The notes below the pieces were generated by a model that saw only the letters and a list, made by a program, of their open reading frames with translations, searched no databases and was not told the DNA's origin. From assembly GCA_902531245.1 (NCBI GenBank), contig CACADH010000001.1, forward strand, positions 18,490 to 82,489: DNA of 64,000 nucleotides. Reading direction: 5' to 3'. Made by a program: the position numbers and the translations under genes. Positions 19,855 to 30,428 of this stretch are shown here, in pieces. Position 1 is the stretch's first letter, and every line of letters starts with the position of its first letter. The DNA is from an uncultured SAR86 cluster bacterium (GTDB taxonomy: Bacteria > Pseudomonadota > Gammaproteobacteria > Magnimaribacterales > D2472).

Positions 19855-20596
19855 TTCCTGGAATAATAGCTTTCCTATTTTTTGGATAATCACTGAATTT
19901 TTTCTTATACCATTTATGATGAGCTAAAGCTCTTGGGAATAGATTTGCTATAACCCATATCAAAAATACTATTCCTGAAATACTCCAAGTTAAGATAGCC
20001 CATCCTAACCATTCAATAATCTCACCAAAATAATTTGGCGCAGATAAATATTTATATAAAAAAGCATTTGGAACATGGTAACCAGGCCCATTTCTTTTTT
20101 TCATAGCTACAATAATGTAATCAGATCTTATATTTATATACATGCCAATTAAGAAAACTGATAAACCTAGAATAAATATTGGGGATGATGCCCAATTATC
20201 TGAATATTGAGTAAAGTAAAAAATACCAAATGCTTGAATACTTACATTAATAATATTAAAGAAGATGGCAGAAAATGCTATTGAAATTGGCATTTTTGGG
20301 TTGGTTAATTCAATTAAAAATGGATATATAAATGTCCTATGAACATAGTGAGTCATCCAAATTAGAAGAAATATATAGTGAATTATTTCTAATTGATCTT
20401 TCACAATAAGAGCATAGATTGCCATTAAAATAACACATGGTGATTCCATCACAACCCAGCCAAGTCGGGCAGGAATTTTTATACCCCAACCATCTTTAAT
20501 ATGCCTTCCATATGGAGCATTTTCAAAAAATAAATAAGTAAATGTTGCTAATGCAATTGCAACCCAAATTAATAAAAAGATATAAAATGTGCTCAT
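19847..20596 (-). CDS. 3-oxo-5-alpha-steroid 4-dehydrogenase family membrane protein
   Basis: 249 aa, polytopic, with the C-terminal motif YLSAPNYFGEIIEWLGWAI typical of the steroid 5-alpha-reductase / DUF1295 superfamily. Confidence 0.7.
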   Translation of the reverse strand: MSTFYIFLLIWVAIALATFTYLFFENAPYGRHIKDGWGIKIPARLGWVVMESPCVILMAIYALIVKDQLEIIHYIFLLIWMTHYVHRTFIYPFLIELTNPKMPISIAFSAIFFNIINVSIQAFGIFYFTQYSDNWASSPIFILGLSVFLIGMYINIRSDYIIVAMKKRNGPGYHVPNAFLYKYLSAPNYFGEIIEWLGWAILTWSISGIVFLIWVIANLFPRALAHHKWYKKKFSDYPKNRKAIIPGII

Positions 20597-20675
20597 ATAA
20601 ATATTTTAAACAAAGTTTACAGTTATGATTCTAAAACATAAACTTATTAAATAGTTTTTTGGAGAGATTGTTAAA

Positions 20676-22355
20676 ATGGAAAAATATGATTTTATAATTT
20701 TAGGTGCAGGCTCAGCTGGTTGTGTTCTTGCAAATAGGTTAAGTTCAAATCCTGATTATAAAGTTTGCTTAATTGAAGCTGGCTCAAAGGATAGTGATCC
20801 AAGAATACATATTCCTATTGGATTTGCATTTTTTGGAGAGAATAATCCAGTAAGTTGGAATTATGAGACTGTGCCTCAAAAAGAATTTGAAAAAGTTATT
20901 GTTACAGAGCCAGAGGCAGCTGTTGTTGATTCTACCGGTGGAATTCATAAAGTTGAATCAGAGTCTCTTGAGCATAGAAAAGGATTTCAACCTCGAGGCA
21001 AAACGTTAGGGGGATCCAGTTCAATCAATGCAATGTTATATGTTAGAGGACATAGATGGGATTATGATCACTGGTCTGAATTAGGAAATGAGGGATGGTC
21101 ATATAATGAAATTCTGCCTTATTTTAAAAAGGCTGAACATAATGAAATGTTTGATAATGATTTTCATGGTCAAGACGGACCCTTAAATGTATCAAAAATA
21201 AGGCATGAAAATAATCCTGTAAAAGATTTTGTTAAATCTGGCTCGGAAGTATTTGGATATAACGAAGATTTTAATGGAGTAAATCAAGAGGGAATAGGAT
21301 TTTATCAATGCACACAGAAAAATGGTAAAAGGTGTAGTACTGCTAAGGCATATTTAGTTCCAATTTTAGATAGAGACAATTTAACGGTTATGACAGACAC
21401 AAATATCAATAAAATCATTATTGAGAATAAAAAAGCTGTTGGGGTAGAGTGTATTAATAAGGATGGCGAACACTTTATAGTCAATGCTAAAAAAGAAGTT
21501 CTTTTATCATCAGGAGCTTTCGGTTCGCCACAAATAATGCTTAGGTCTGGAATCGGTCCAGCTGAAGAGATCCTTAAACATGATATTGAACATCAGCATG
21601 ACTTACCTGGTGTAGGTAAAAATTTACAAGACCACATAGATTACCTAACAGTTCATAGATATAACTCAATGGAACTAATTGGGATGTCTTTGAAATCAAT
21701 TTTTTTTAAATTTCCATTTGAGATATTAAAGTATATTTTTGCTAAAACTGGGTTGTTCACTTCTACCATTGCAGAAGCCGGAGGTTTCATTAAATCAAAT
21801 GAAGAAAAAGACATTCCAGATATTCAATTACATTTTATTCCAACTATGGTTGTTGATCATGGAAGAACTCAACTCTGGGGTCATGGCCTAGGATGTCATA
21901 TGTGCCTTTTAAGACCAAGATCAAGAGGTGAAGTCACTCTTAATTCTTCAGATCCATTTGAAGACCCAAATATTGATCCAAAATTTTTATCTCATCCTGA
22001 TGACATGCAAGATATGATTGCTGGTTATAAGCAAATGATGGCAATTCTCAATAAAGAATCTTTTTCCAAGTATACGTCTGCGCATACAATGAGACCAATT
22101 GATATAACCAATGATGATGATATTGAATTAGCTATTAGAGAAGAAGCTGACACTGTCTATCATCCAGTTGGAACATGTAAAATGGGTAATGATGATATGG
22201 CTGTTGTTGATAACAGTTTAAAAGTTCATGGTATTGAAGGTCTAAGAGTTGTTGATGCATCAATAATGCCTACCTTGATTGGAGGCAATACTAATGCTCC
22301 AACAATTATGATTGGTGAAAAGGCTGCTGACATGATTTTAAATGACTGGGCTTAA
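20676..22355 (+). CDS. GMC family FAD oxidoreductase (choline/alcohol dehydrogenase-like)
   Basis: 559 aa with [38 protein letters not shown] and a C-terminal HPVGTCKMG...VVDASIMP. Confidence 0.9.
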   Translation: MEKYDFIILGAGSAGCVLANRLSSNPDYKVCLIEAGSKDSDPRIHIPIGFAFFGENNPVSWNYETVPQKEFEKVIVTEPEAAVVDSTGGIHKVESESLEHRKGFQPRGKTLGGSSSINAMLYVRGHRWDYDHWSELGNEGWSYNEILPYFKKAEHNEMFDNDFHGQDGPLNVSKIRHENNPVKDFVKSGSEVFGYNEDFNGVNQEGIGFYQCTQKNGKRCSTAKAYLVPILDRDNLTVMTDTNINKIIIENKKAVGVECINKDGEHFIVNAKKEVLLSSGAFGSPQIMLRSGIGPAEEILKHDIEHQHDLPGVGKNLQDHIDYLTVHRYNSMELIGMSLKSIFFKFPFEILKYIFAKTGLFTSTIAEAGGFIKSNEEKDIPDIQLHFIPTMVVDHGRTQLWGHGLGCHMCLLRPRSRGEVTLNSSDPFEDPNIDPKFLSHPDDMQDMIAGYKQMMAILNKESFSKYTSAHTMRPIDITNDDDIELAIREEADTVYHPVGTCKMGNDDMAVVDNSLKVHGIEGLRVVDASIMPTLIGGNTNAPTIMIGEKAADMILNDWA

Positions 22356-22361
22356 AAGAAA

Positions 22362-22673
22362 TTGAAAAAATCATTAGTTCTTCTTTTATTAAATTTTCAA
22401 TTATTTGCAAGTACTCCAATCATTATTGATGTTAGGACTCCAGAAGAATTCGAGTCAGGCCATGTCGAAAGTGCGATGAACATAGAATGGCAAGACATCG
22501 CATCAGTTGAAATTAGAATTAATAAAGATAATCGTATATTTTTATATTGCAGAAGTGGAAATAGGTCTCAAAAAGCTACAGATATTCTTATTGATATTGG
22601 ATATAAGAATGTTATTAATCTTGGAAGCATTAAAGATGCTTCAGAGTTTTTAAATAAAAAAATAACTCGATGA
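22362..22673 (+). CDS. Rhodanese-like domain protein (periplasmic)
   Basis: 103 aa with a TTG start, a signal peptide, IIDVRTPEEFESGH and the active-site loop YCRSGNRS. Confidence 0.8.
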   Translation: MKKSLVLLLLNFQLFASTPIIIDVRTPEEFESGHVESAMNIEWQDIASVEIRINKDNRIFLYCRSGNRSQKATDILIDIGYKNVINLGSIKDASEFLNKKITR

Positions 22674-23593
22674 AAAATTTTTTTAGTTTCCTTTCAAAGT
22701 TTAATCATAAAAAGATTATATGTTTTGACGGTGGTGGTGTTAGGACAATAGCATCAATTGTTTTTTTAAAAAAATTGGAAGCTGAGAGCGGTAAGAAAGT
22801 TTCAGATATATTTGATATGTTTATTGGTACAAGTGCTGGAGCATTTAATGCTGCTTGTTTTGCATTTGGAGGATTTTCGGCAGATAAAGTTAAGAGCTAT
22901 TGGACTAAAAGTTATTTAGATAAAATAATGAAAAGTTCTTTTTTCTGGGATAAAGCATCTTTATTTCAAGCTAGACCAAGATATGAAAGCGAGGGTAGAT
23001 TAGAAATGTTAGATGGAATCTTCAAAGAAAATACATTAAAAGAATCTAACAAACCTTTTTTATGTTACGCCTATGATATTGAAAAAAGAAGCCACGTCGT
23101 TTTTGATTCATCAAATACACCAGAAGTAACTTTTAAAGACGCAATTGCGGCCTCAAGTGCAGCCCCAATGTATTTTCCTACATATCAAATGCAAGATACA
23201 TCGTGGATGATAGATGGAAGTATAATTACAAATAATCCAACTTTAATCGGTTTTTCTTATTCAAAAAAAATTTTAGAGACAAACAATATCAAAATCTTAA
23301 GCCTAGGATCTGGACAAAATAAAAATAAAATAAATGGAGACACATCTACAAAATGGGGAGGCGTTGGTTGGCTAAGAAATGATATTATGGGAATGCTATT
23401 AGACTCGGAAATTCATAATGAAATTTCAAATGAATTCTTCACTGATAATTATCTTAGAATAAATTCTCCTCTTGGAAAAATTAATAGATTCTTAGACGAT
23501 GACTCTGAAGAAAACCTTGAAAAAATCCACTTAATGGGCATGGATTGGTGGTCTGAATTTGGAGAAGAAACTCTTAAATTTATTGATTCATAA
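22670..23593 (+). CDS. Patatin-like phospholipase
   Basis: 307 aa with the CFDGGGVRT oxyanion motif, the GTSAGA nucleophile and the IDGS catalytic Asp. ATGA overlap with the rhodanese gene. Confidence 0.85.
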   Translation: MKNFFSFLSKFNHKKIICFDGGGVRTIASIVFLKKLEAESGKKVSDIFDMFIGTSAGAFNAACFAFGGFSADKVKSYWTKSYLDKIMKSSFFWDKASLFQARPRYESEGRLEMLDGIFKENTLKESNKPFLCYAYDIEKRSHVVFDSSNTPEVTFKDAIAASSAAPMYFPTYQMQDTSWMIDGSIITNNPTLIGFSYSKKILETNNIKILSLGSGQNKNKINGDTSTKWGGVGWLRNDIMGMLLDSEIHNEISNEFFTDNYLRINSPLGKINRFLDDDSEENLEKIHLMGMDWWSEFGEETLKFIDS

Positions 23594-23643
23594 TTTCTTC
23601 AAATCTTATCTTTAAAGTATGTTTATATAATATATATTTTACC

Positions 23644-23672
23644 TTGACATGATTTAATCAAAAAAGTTTAAT
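23644..23672 (+). promoter_or_regulatory. Candidate sigma70 promoter for the TBDR gene (TTGACA-17 nt-TTTAAT)
   Basis: Perfect -35 at 23644-23649 and a weak -10 at 23667-23672. Confidence 0.3.
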
Positions 23673-23708
23673 AAGCATATTCAATGTACATTTACCTAGG
23701 GGGTTTTT

Positions 23709-26669
23709 GTGAATAAGTATTTATTATCATTATTATTGGTATTACCAATGTCGTTTATTGTTATCGCTCAAGATAATGAATCGGACGACGATGTTGAAGA
23801 GGTTGTAGTAACTGGAATCAAAAAAAGTCTTATAAGCGCAATTGATATTAAAAGAAATAACGTCGGTGTTGTTGATGCTATTACTGCTGAAGATTTTGGT
23901 AAATTTCCAGATAACAATTTAGCAGAATCTTTAGCCAGAGTCGTTGGTATTGGTATTGATAGAAGTAACGTTGAGGGTGAAAGAGTTGCTGTTAGAGGAT
24001 TTGGCCCTGAGTTAAATTTAGTTACACTTAACGGTCGTCAAATGCCTACTGTTCCTGGACAATGGGGCGGCGGAAGATCTTTCAATTTTGGAGACATATC
24101 TTCCCATGGTATTGCAGCTGTTGAAGTTTATAAATCAACTAATAGCTCATTACCCTCAGGCGGTATAGGATCAACTATAAATATGGTTACAACAAAACCA
24201 TTATCGATTGATGGAAGCCTCAGTTCTTTTTCTGTTGATGTTCTTAATGACTCAACAAGCAATGAAGACCTAAAACCTGAAGTAAATTTTGTTCATAGTT
24301 CTAATTTTGGTAACTTTGGCTTTGCAATATCAGGATCCTTTCAAGATAGGAATAATATAGAAGAAGGAACAAGAGAATCAAACTGGTTATCTGTAGAAGA
24401 TATGGCAGCAATTGAAGGATATTCAAGAGTTGATAAAACTGCTGCTGGTATTACAGATAACAATCAAAGAGCAGATGGTAAAACTTTTTACCAAGAACCA
24501 TCCGCATATCAAATAAAAGAAAATGACAGAGAAAGAACTAATGCACAATTAACAATGCAGTATGCATTTTCAGATGATTTAATTGCAACTGTTGATTACA
24601 CATATTCTAAAGTTGAGTTTAGCTCAGTAGGTCAAATGTTCGGATCTTGGCTAGGTGGTTGGACAACAACACTTGGAACAATTAATGAAAACGGTGTTTA
24701 TACTGATGTTACTGTTGGTGATAGAGGATATGATCACCAATTAATATGGGGTGATACAGAAAACCTCAACCAATCTGTTGGTTTAAATTTAGAATGGAAT
24801 TACTCAGATGCTCTAACTTTCGTTCTTGATTATCATGATTCTTCTGCAGAAAAAGAAGGAACTGAACTGCCAAATGAGATGGGGTTAGTTGCTCCTGCAA
24901 CTGCAACCATTACTCATTTTAATGGAGGAACATCTGGAATAAATTCTTTCATATACGATAGAACTTTTGATACAGATGATTATACATATGGCTCTCTCTA
25001 TTATAGAGACGCATTTAAAGAGAACCAAATGGAACAATTTCAATTTAAAGGTTTATGGGAAAATTTAGATGGCAAAATTAGTGAATCAATAAAATCGGTA
25101 GAATTTGGAATTTCAAGAGCTGATTCAGTTTTTCATGATATTAGAATGGAGGAGATTAATAACGCTACGCCTGGAACTGCAGCAAGTAGCGCAATGTTAA
25201 CAAGAACTTCTCTAGATGGTTTTATGAGTGCTTTTAGAGATAATCCTAGTTTACCTGCATATTATTTTGCTATTAATAAAGATCTTGCTCTGGCAGATTG
25301 GATAGAAAATTTCGGAGATATTAGCGCTGGACCAATTGATGTGAATGATATGGTTGAAGAAACCCTTGATGCAGCATTTATTCAGGTAAATATGGAGTTT
25401 ATGATTAACAATAAACCCCTTAATGTTGTTGCAGGAGTTCGATATGAAGAGTCTGATACTACTTCAACGGCTCTTGAAGCAACTCCGTCTGTAATTAGAT
25501 GGGACATGATTAATGGACTCATTTATCCTAATGGTGGCGAGGTCGCTGCTGCAAGATCTGGAAGTAACGATATTGTCTTACCTCAGCTAGCAATGGCATA
25601 CGAATTAACTGATGATCAGGTGCTAAGACTTAGTTATGGTAAATCAATGGGAAGACCATCCCTACAAGATCTAAGAAGTTCGTTTCAATTTGGTAATAGA
25701 GATTATCTAATTCCGACTGCATCAGGTGGTAACCCTGGTTTAGAACCATTAGAGTCTGAAAATTTAGATATAGCATATGAATATTATTATGATGAAGGGA
25801 GTTATTTTTCATTAAATTACTTTAGAAAAGATATAGATAATTTCATTAGTTCTGATGTTTCAACTGGAAGCATTGATGCATTAACCAACCCAGCTAATGG
25901 GGAAATTGGTGCCTTTGCTCAGGCATGTGTTCAGGCATGGGATCAAGCTGGTAGACCTGATCCAGGATTCCCAGGTGAATGGGGATCAGGTGATTGTGTT
26001 TCTCAGCAAGCTTTATGGTCTCAATCATGGATGAATATATATCAACATATGGGTTGGGTTGCCGTAGCAATGTCTAGAGGAATTGATGTTACAAATGGTT
26101 TCCCATACGGCGCATGTGATTATGATGGTTGGTGGAGATGTGAGCCTGGTTATTTAGATGGCACAAGCTCTGATCCATTAGCTATTTTTGAAATTACAAG
26201 ACCCTTAAACCTAGAATCTGGTTCAGTTGATGGCTTTGAGGTTGTGTTACAGCATCTCTTTGGAGATTCTGGTTTTGGTACTCAGATTAATGCAACATTT
26301 GTATCTGGTGGTGACGTTGAGATTGATAGATATGATACCAGCCGTCAATTCATATTACCTGGTTTAGGTGATTCAAGTAACTTTTCTCTTTTCTACGAAG
26401 ATACAAAAATTACAGCAAGAATTGCTTTAAATACTAGAGGTGAGACTATTGCAGGCTTTGGTAACTATGATCAGCCTTTATATGTTGAAGAAAGAAACCA
26501 ATGGGATCTATCAATGGCGTATAACATAAATGAAGACGCTGTAGTTTTCTTTGAAGTTCAGAATTTAAATGATGAACCAACAAGATTATATGCAAGATAT
26601 GAAGAGATGTTATTCTTATCTCAAGATCATGGCCCAATTCACAGACTAGGCTTTAGGTACAAGTTTTAA
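23709..26669 (+). CDS. TonB-dependent receptor (large)
   Basis: 986 aa with a GTG start, a signal peptide, the plug motifs EEVVVTGIK...DAITAEDFGKFPD...VAVRGFG, and a C-terminal LGFRYKF. Confidence 0.9.
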   Translation: MNKYLLSLLLVLPMSFIVIAQDNESDDDVEEVVVTGIKKSLISAIDIKRNNVGVVDAITAEDFGKFPDNNLAESLARVVGIGIDRSNVEGERVAVRGFGPELNLVTLNGRQMPTVPGQWGGGRSFNFGDISSHGIAAVEVYKSTNSSLPSGGIGSTINMVTTKPLSIDGSLSSFSVDVLNDSTSNEDLKPEVNFVHSSNFGNFGFAISGSFQDRNNIEEGTRESNWLSVEDMAAIEGYSRVDKTAAGITDNNQRADGKTFYQEPSAYQIKENDRERTNAQLTMQYAFSDDLIATVDYTYSKVEFSSVGQMFGSWLGGWTTTLGTINENGVYTDVTVGDRGYDHQLIWGDTENLNQSVGLNLEWNYSDALTFVLDYHDSSAEKEGTELPNEMGLVAPATATITHFNGGTSGINSFIYDRTFDTDDYTYGSLYYRDAFKENQMEQFQFKGLWENLDGKISESIKSVEFGISRADSVFHDIRMEEINNATPGTAASSAMLTRTSLDGFMSAFRDNPSLPAYYFAINKDLALADWIENFGDISAGPIDVNDMVEETLDAAFIQVNMEFMINNKPLNVVAGVRYEESDTTSTALEATPSVIRWDMINGLIYPNGGEVAAARSGSNDIVLPQLAMAYELTDDQVLRLSYGKSMGRPSLQDLRSSFQFGNRDYLIPTASGGNPGLEPLESENLDIAYEYYYDEGSYFSLNYFRKDIDNFISSDVSTGSIDALTNPANGEIGAFAQACVQAWDQAGRPDPGFPGEWGSGDCVSQQALWSQSWMNIYQHMGWVAVAMSRGIDVTNGFPYGACDYDGWWRCEPGYLDGTSSDPLAIFEITRPLNLESGSVDGFEVVLQHLFGDSGFGTQINATFVSGGDVEIDRYDTSRQFILPGLGDSSNFSLFYEDTKITARIALNTRGETIAGFGNYDQPLYVEERNQWDLSMAYNINEDAVVFFEVQNLNDEPTRLYARYEEMLFLSQDHGPIHRLGFRYKF

Positions 26670-26691
26670 GATAAAATAATGAAACTAAAAA

Positions 26692-26716
26692 AGAGGGCTT
26701 AGGCCCTCTTTTTTTA
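26692..26716 (+). terminator. Intrinsic terminator
   Basis: AGAGGGC-ttag-GCCCTCT followed by a T-run. Confidence 0.8.
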
Positions 26717-26730
26717 TATATAATTAAGTT

Positions 26731-28782
26731 ATGCATTTAAAACAATTATTATTAATTGCGATCGTTATTTCTTCATGTGGTGGTGGAGGTGGAGGAGGCG
26801 GCGCAAAAGTACCCTTTGCTTTAACACTTGCTCAAAATACATTTTCAACTAATGAAGATACTTCTTATAATGGATCGATGGCAGCAAGTGCCAATGAAGT
26901 CGTTACACTTGAATATTCTTTGACAAGCTCAACTTCAAATGGAACTCTTACTTTTTCAACTATAAATGCTGCAATTTCATACACTCCTAATACTAATTTC
27001 TTTGGACAAGATGAATTCACATATTCAGTTACTGCTTCTGAAAAAAATATAACTAGAAGTAGTACAGTTTCAATTACAGTTAATTCCGTAAATGACAGCC
27101 CTCAAATTTTAATGACATCAAAGACAAATTTAGATAAAAATAACTTAATTTTTGAATCTAACCCGAAATATTCAATAACATTCTCAGATGTTGATAATGA
27201 TGATATTGATTTAGTTTTTTCTGCAAGTGTAAATCAAGAAGATATTCCAACTTCATTTGTTTCTAATGGTGAAGGAACTGGAGAACTAACTCTTGATTTA
27301 TCAGGCTTAATAAATGCTGGATTATTAAGCGCAGAACTTAAAGTATCAGATGGAGATCTTGTAAGCTCAGATACATTCAACTCATGGTTCATTGCTGATA
27401 AAAAAATTGTAACAGTTGCAATGGATGATGATAAAAGTGATGGCTTTGACTCGGGAACAACTACTGATAAAGATTACTATATTTATTACCTTGTTGGAGG
27501 TGATGCATCTTTTGGAAGAACTGATTATTTATTTGTAGCTGATTCATTAGAAGAAAGCCCGACAAATGGAACAAATTCTGATTTAGAAGATTTTAGAGAT
27601 GCCTTACTAAGGTCAATTAATGGCCTTAATGACTCTGATGTATCAGAATTCTTTGCAGGATATTTTGATATTATTGTGGCAGAACCTGTAAACCCTGATG
27701 GCACATCATTGGCTTCAATCGAAACAGGATGTTATGACTGGGATGAAGATGTTTATTGTATTGGTTCTAGCGATATCAACACATCAGTATTTGATGAGCT
27801 ATTTTCAGAAAATGATCTTGTTTCTGTATTAACAATGATTGATGGCAGAGGTGTGAATTTAGGTAATACCAATATTCAGCCAATTGGTACAAGAACTGAA
27901 TATGTCCTTATGCATGAGCTGGGACATGCTCATGGCGAAATGGGTGATGAATATATCTCAGATGATGACAGAGATGTCAGTTACTGGGCCGATAGAAATG
28001 TCAATACAACAACCCAATCAGACCCATCCCAAGTAAAATGGAAACATCATATTAACGATTTAACAAATGTTGCTGGAAGTACTTTTAATGTTTGCTATAA
28101 CTGGTCAGATGGAACGGTTGGACTTTATAGCGATGATGATGATGATCCAGCTGCATGTGATTGTCTATATAACGTTTATGATGCAAACGGAAATAGAACC
28201 GGAAGAAACCCAATGTGCAATCAAGTTGGTTTATTTGAAGGCAACTATTATGGAGAATTTGATAATTACAGACCCAAATTTTTAACAATTATGGAAGTTA
28301 ATACTGACCAATATGGTGAAGTTAATGTAGAGGGGTTTGCAATTGGCTCAATTCATAATCAAGGTTTTGTCTATGGCGACGATGTTGGTTTTATTTCCGA
28401 TGATGCTGGATCAAGAACTGGTTTCGATATTGATATAGATGTTGCATATGATTCATCAAAATTAAGATTAAAATGGTATGTTGACGGAGTGGAGGATCCC
28501 ACGTTAGAAAATCAAACCCAAATAACTTTTAATAGACCATCTGATAACTCTGTTAAGGTTTACACTTGGCGAGTTGATGACTTAACAGGAACAGTTACAG
28601 CGCCAGACGATGTAACAGATACCGACGATTTTTATGAAGGTTTATTTAATTCAGAATTCTATTGGTATGATTATAATTCTGAGCAGTGGGGTACTAATCC
28701 AACTGACAGAACTCAATATGATTATGGGTATATCAATGGTCCAATGGGCGGAACCTGGGGGATAAATTGGGAAAGATGGTAA
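26731..28782 (+). CDS. Lipoprotein: cadherin-like/Ig-like N-terminal repeats plus M64-like zinc metalloprotease domain
   Basis: 683 aa with the lipobox ISSCGGGGGGGG. The N-terminus has FSTNEDTSYNG...YTPNTNFFGQDEFTYSV...VNSVNDSPQI (a cadherin-like tandem-repeat pattern). The central YVLMHELGHAHGEMGDEY resembles the HExxH...DEY motif of peptidase M64. Confidence 0.7.
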   Translation: MHLKQLLLIAIVISSCGGGGGGGGAKVPFALTLAQNTFSTNEDTSYNGSMAASANEVVTLEYSLTSSTSNGTLTFSTINAAISYTPNTNFFGQDEFTYSVTASEKNITRSSTVSITVNSVNDSPQILMTSKTNLDKNNLIFESNPKYSITFSDVDNDDIDLVFSASVNQEDIPTSFVSNGEGTGELTLDLSGLINAGLLSAELKVSDGDLVSSDTFNSWFIADKKIVTVAMDDDKSDGFDSGTTTDKDYYIYYLVGGDASFGRTDYLFVADSLEESPTNGTNSDLEDFRDALLRSINGLNDSDVSEFFAGYFDIIVAEPVNPDGTSLASIETGCYDWDEDVYCIGSSDINTSVFDELFSENDLVSVLTMIDGRGVNLGNTNIQPIGTRTEYVLMHELGHAHGEMGDEYISDDDRDVSYWADRNVNTTTQSDPSQVKWKHHINDLTNVAGSTFNVCYNWSDGTVGLYSDDDDDPAACDCLYNVYDANGNRTGRNPMCNQVGLFEGNYYGEFDNYRPKFLTIMEVNTDQYGEVNVEGFAIGSIHNQGFVYGDDVGFISDDAGSRTGFDIDIDVAYDSSKLRLKWYVDGVEDPTLENQTQITFNRPSDNSVKVYTWRVDDLTGTVTAPDDVTDTDDFYEGLFNSEFYWYDYNSEQWGTNPTDRTQYDYGYINGPMGGTWGINWERW

Positions 28783-29255
28783 TCAAAAAAAATATAGTAT
28801 TTTTTACATTAATATTTATCTTATCTTGGTCAGTCCAATCAAATGAAATCATTAGTAAGCAAAAACTTAATAAAATTCATGCAAATCCATTTAATGATGC
28901 TTATATTATTTCTTTTGATGGTTCTCCAAGTAATTTCTCTATAAAAAAAATTACGGTTGATAAACCTAATGAAAGATTATTAAAAAAAATTAAATTTTTA
29001 AGTGATGATGATACTTATGCTATTAAAGTTTTTGGCAAGGATAACAAATACCTTTATACAATTGGGATAGGAAATCCTTTTTATGCAACTTATCAACATA
29101 TTGGTTATGAAGATAGAAAACATATGGGAGGTCCCGTTAGTTCAGCTATTATTGAAATAGCAATCCCACTTCATTTAGAACCTTCGTCTTTTATAGTTTC
29201 AAAAAGAGATATCACTGGTAAATTTAAAGATATACAGGAAATATCATTCGAATAA
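28776..29255 (+). CDS. Small secreted protein, unknown function, translationally coupled to the M64-like gene
   Basis: 159 aa from the ATG at 28776, which overlaps the upstream stop (ATGgTAA). It has a signal peptide. I recognise no homology. Confidence 0.55.
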   Translation: MVIKKNIVFFTLIFILSWSVQSNEIISKQKLNKIHANPFNDAYIISFDGSPSNFSIKKITVDKPNERLLKKIKFLSDDDTYAIKVFGKDNKYLYTIGIGNPFYATYQHIGYEDRKHMGGPVSSAIIEIAIPLHLEPSSFIVSKRDITGKFKDIQEISFE

Positions 29256-29273
29256 AATTCAATATTTACACTG

Positions 29274-29302
29274 TTGAAAGCAGATGTTTAAAGGAGTATA
29301 TT
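29274..29302 (+). promoter_or_regulatory. Candidate sigma70 promoter for tRNA-Gly(GCC) (TTGAAA-17 nt-TATATT)
   Basis: The spacing and position (-10 ends 12 nt before the tRNA 5-prime end) fit a tRNA promoter. Confidence 0.4.
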
Positions 29303-29313
29303 AACCCACCAAT

Positions 29314-29389
29314 GCGGTACTAGCTCAGTTGGTAGAGCGTCTGCTTGCCAAGCAGAAGGCCGCCGGTTCGAGACCGGCGTACCGCACCA
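29314..29389 (+). tRNA. tRNA-Gly (anticodon GCC)
   Basis: 76-nt cloverleaf: acceptor GCGGTAC/GTACCGC, anticodon stem TCTGC/GCAGA with loop TTGCCAA, T-arm GCCGG-TTCGAGA-CCGGC, encoded CCA. Confidence 0.95.
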
Positions 29390-29399
29390 ATATATAAAG

Positions 29400-30347
29400 A
29401 TGAAATTTACAACAAAGTTTTTATTGTTATTTCTTATTTCTTCATGCGGTGGAGGCGGATCCTCGAATTCTGATAATGAATCTGTAAGCCCACCAGATAC
29501 AAATACTAATACTGAAAGTTGTGAAAATACTTCAATTGATAATCTTCAAAAGTGTGATTTAAAACATGATAACCTTGATAGATACTACTATATTTATATA
29601 CCTGAAAATTTAGATAATAATTCTAGTATTCCAGTATTATTTGCTCTTCATGGTTATGGTTCTTCTGCATATAGGCACTTTAGTTATACAAACTACATAC
29701 CAATTGCTGATTCTAATAATTTAGTAATTATTTATCCTCAAGGAGCTACAACAGACACATTATCTTCACATTGGAATGTTGGGGGTTGGACATCAAAAAG
29801 TACAGTCAAAGATATTGAATTTATTGACACATTAATAAATTTTACTAAAAACAAAATTATGATTGATGAAACCAGAATATATTCATCTGGAATGTCTAAT
29901 GGTGGATATATGAGTTATCACTTAGCTTGTAATCTTGGGGATAAATTTGCTGCAATTGCATCTGTAACAGGCTCTATGACCTTTGGAACTTATGATGATT
30001 GCTCTCCTTCTCATCCTACACCGGTATTGCAGATTCATGGTCTGCTTGATTATGTTGTTCCATATGATGGTAATGCAGGTTCTAAAAGTATTCCTGATGT
30101 TATAGATTATTGGGTAAATTATAATTCTTGCAGCTCAGATCCAGACAGGCTAATTAAATACTCAAATGATTTTGATTTAATTCTTTACGATACTTATATA
30201 AATTGTTTAAACGATGTAAATGTAAAACTAATTCTTCATCCAACGATGGGACATACTTGGCCCTTCACTGAAGAATATAACGTAAGTGCTTCTAATGAAA
30301 TATGGAATTTTGTTTCACAATACGATCTTTATGGCTTAATAAATTAA
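29400..30347 (+). CDS. Lipoprotein esterase, PHB-depolymerase / LpqC (CE1-like) family
   Basis: 315 aa with the lipobox ISSCGGGGSS, LFALHGYGSS, the nucleophile elbow SSGMSNGGYM and IHGLLDYVVPY. Confidence 0.8.
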   Translation: MKFTTKFLLLFLISSCGGGGSSNSDNESVSPPDTNTNTESCENTSIDNLQKCDLKHDNLDRYYYIYIPENLDNNSSIPVLFALHGYGSSAYRHFSYTNYIPIADSNNLVIIYPQGATTDTLSSHWNVGGWTSKSTVKDIEFIDTLINFTKNKIMIDETRIYSSGMSNGGYMSYHLACNLGDKFAAIASVTGSMTFGTYDDCSPSHPTPVLQIHGLLDYVVPYDGNAGSKSIPDVIDYWVNYNSCSSDPDRLIKYSNDFDLILYDTYINCLNDVNVKLILHPTMGHTWPFTEEYNVSASNEIWNFVSQYDLYGLIN

Positions 30348-30428
30348 CTATAAAAAATATACATAAATGTAAATTATTTATACGTTTATAATGTTATATT
30401 AATTAATCAAAAATTAAGGGAGATAAAT

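Noticed and set aside
26778-26802. GGT/GGA/GGC-rich simple repeat (a similar one lies at 29447-29460)
   Set aside because: It encodes the poly-glycine tether directly after the lipobox cysteine of two lipoproteins (SSCGGGGGGGG, SSCGGGGSS). It is coding low complexity, not a regulatory or CRISPR-like repeat. The proximity of tRNA-Gly genes is probably coincidental.
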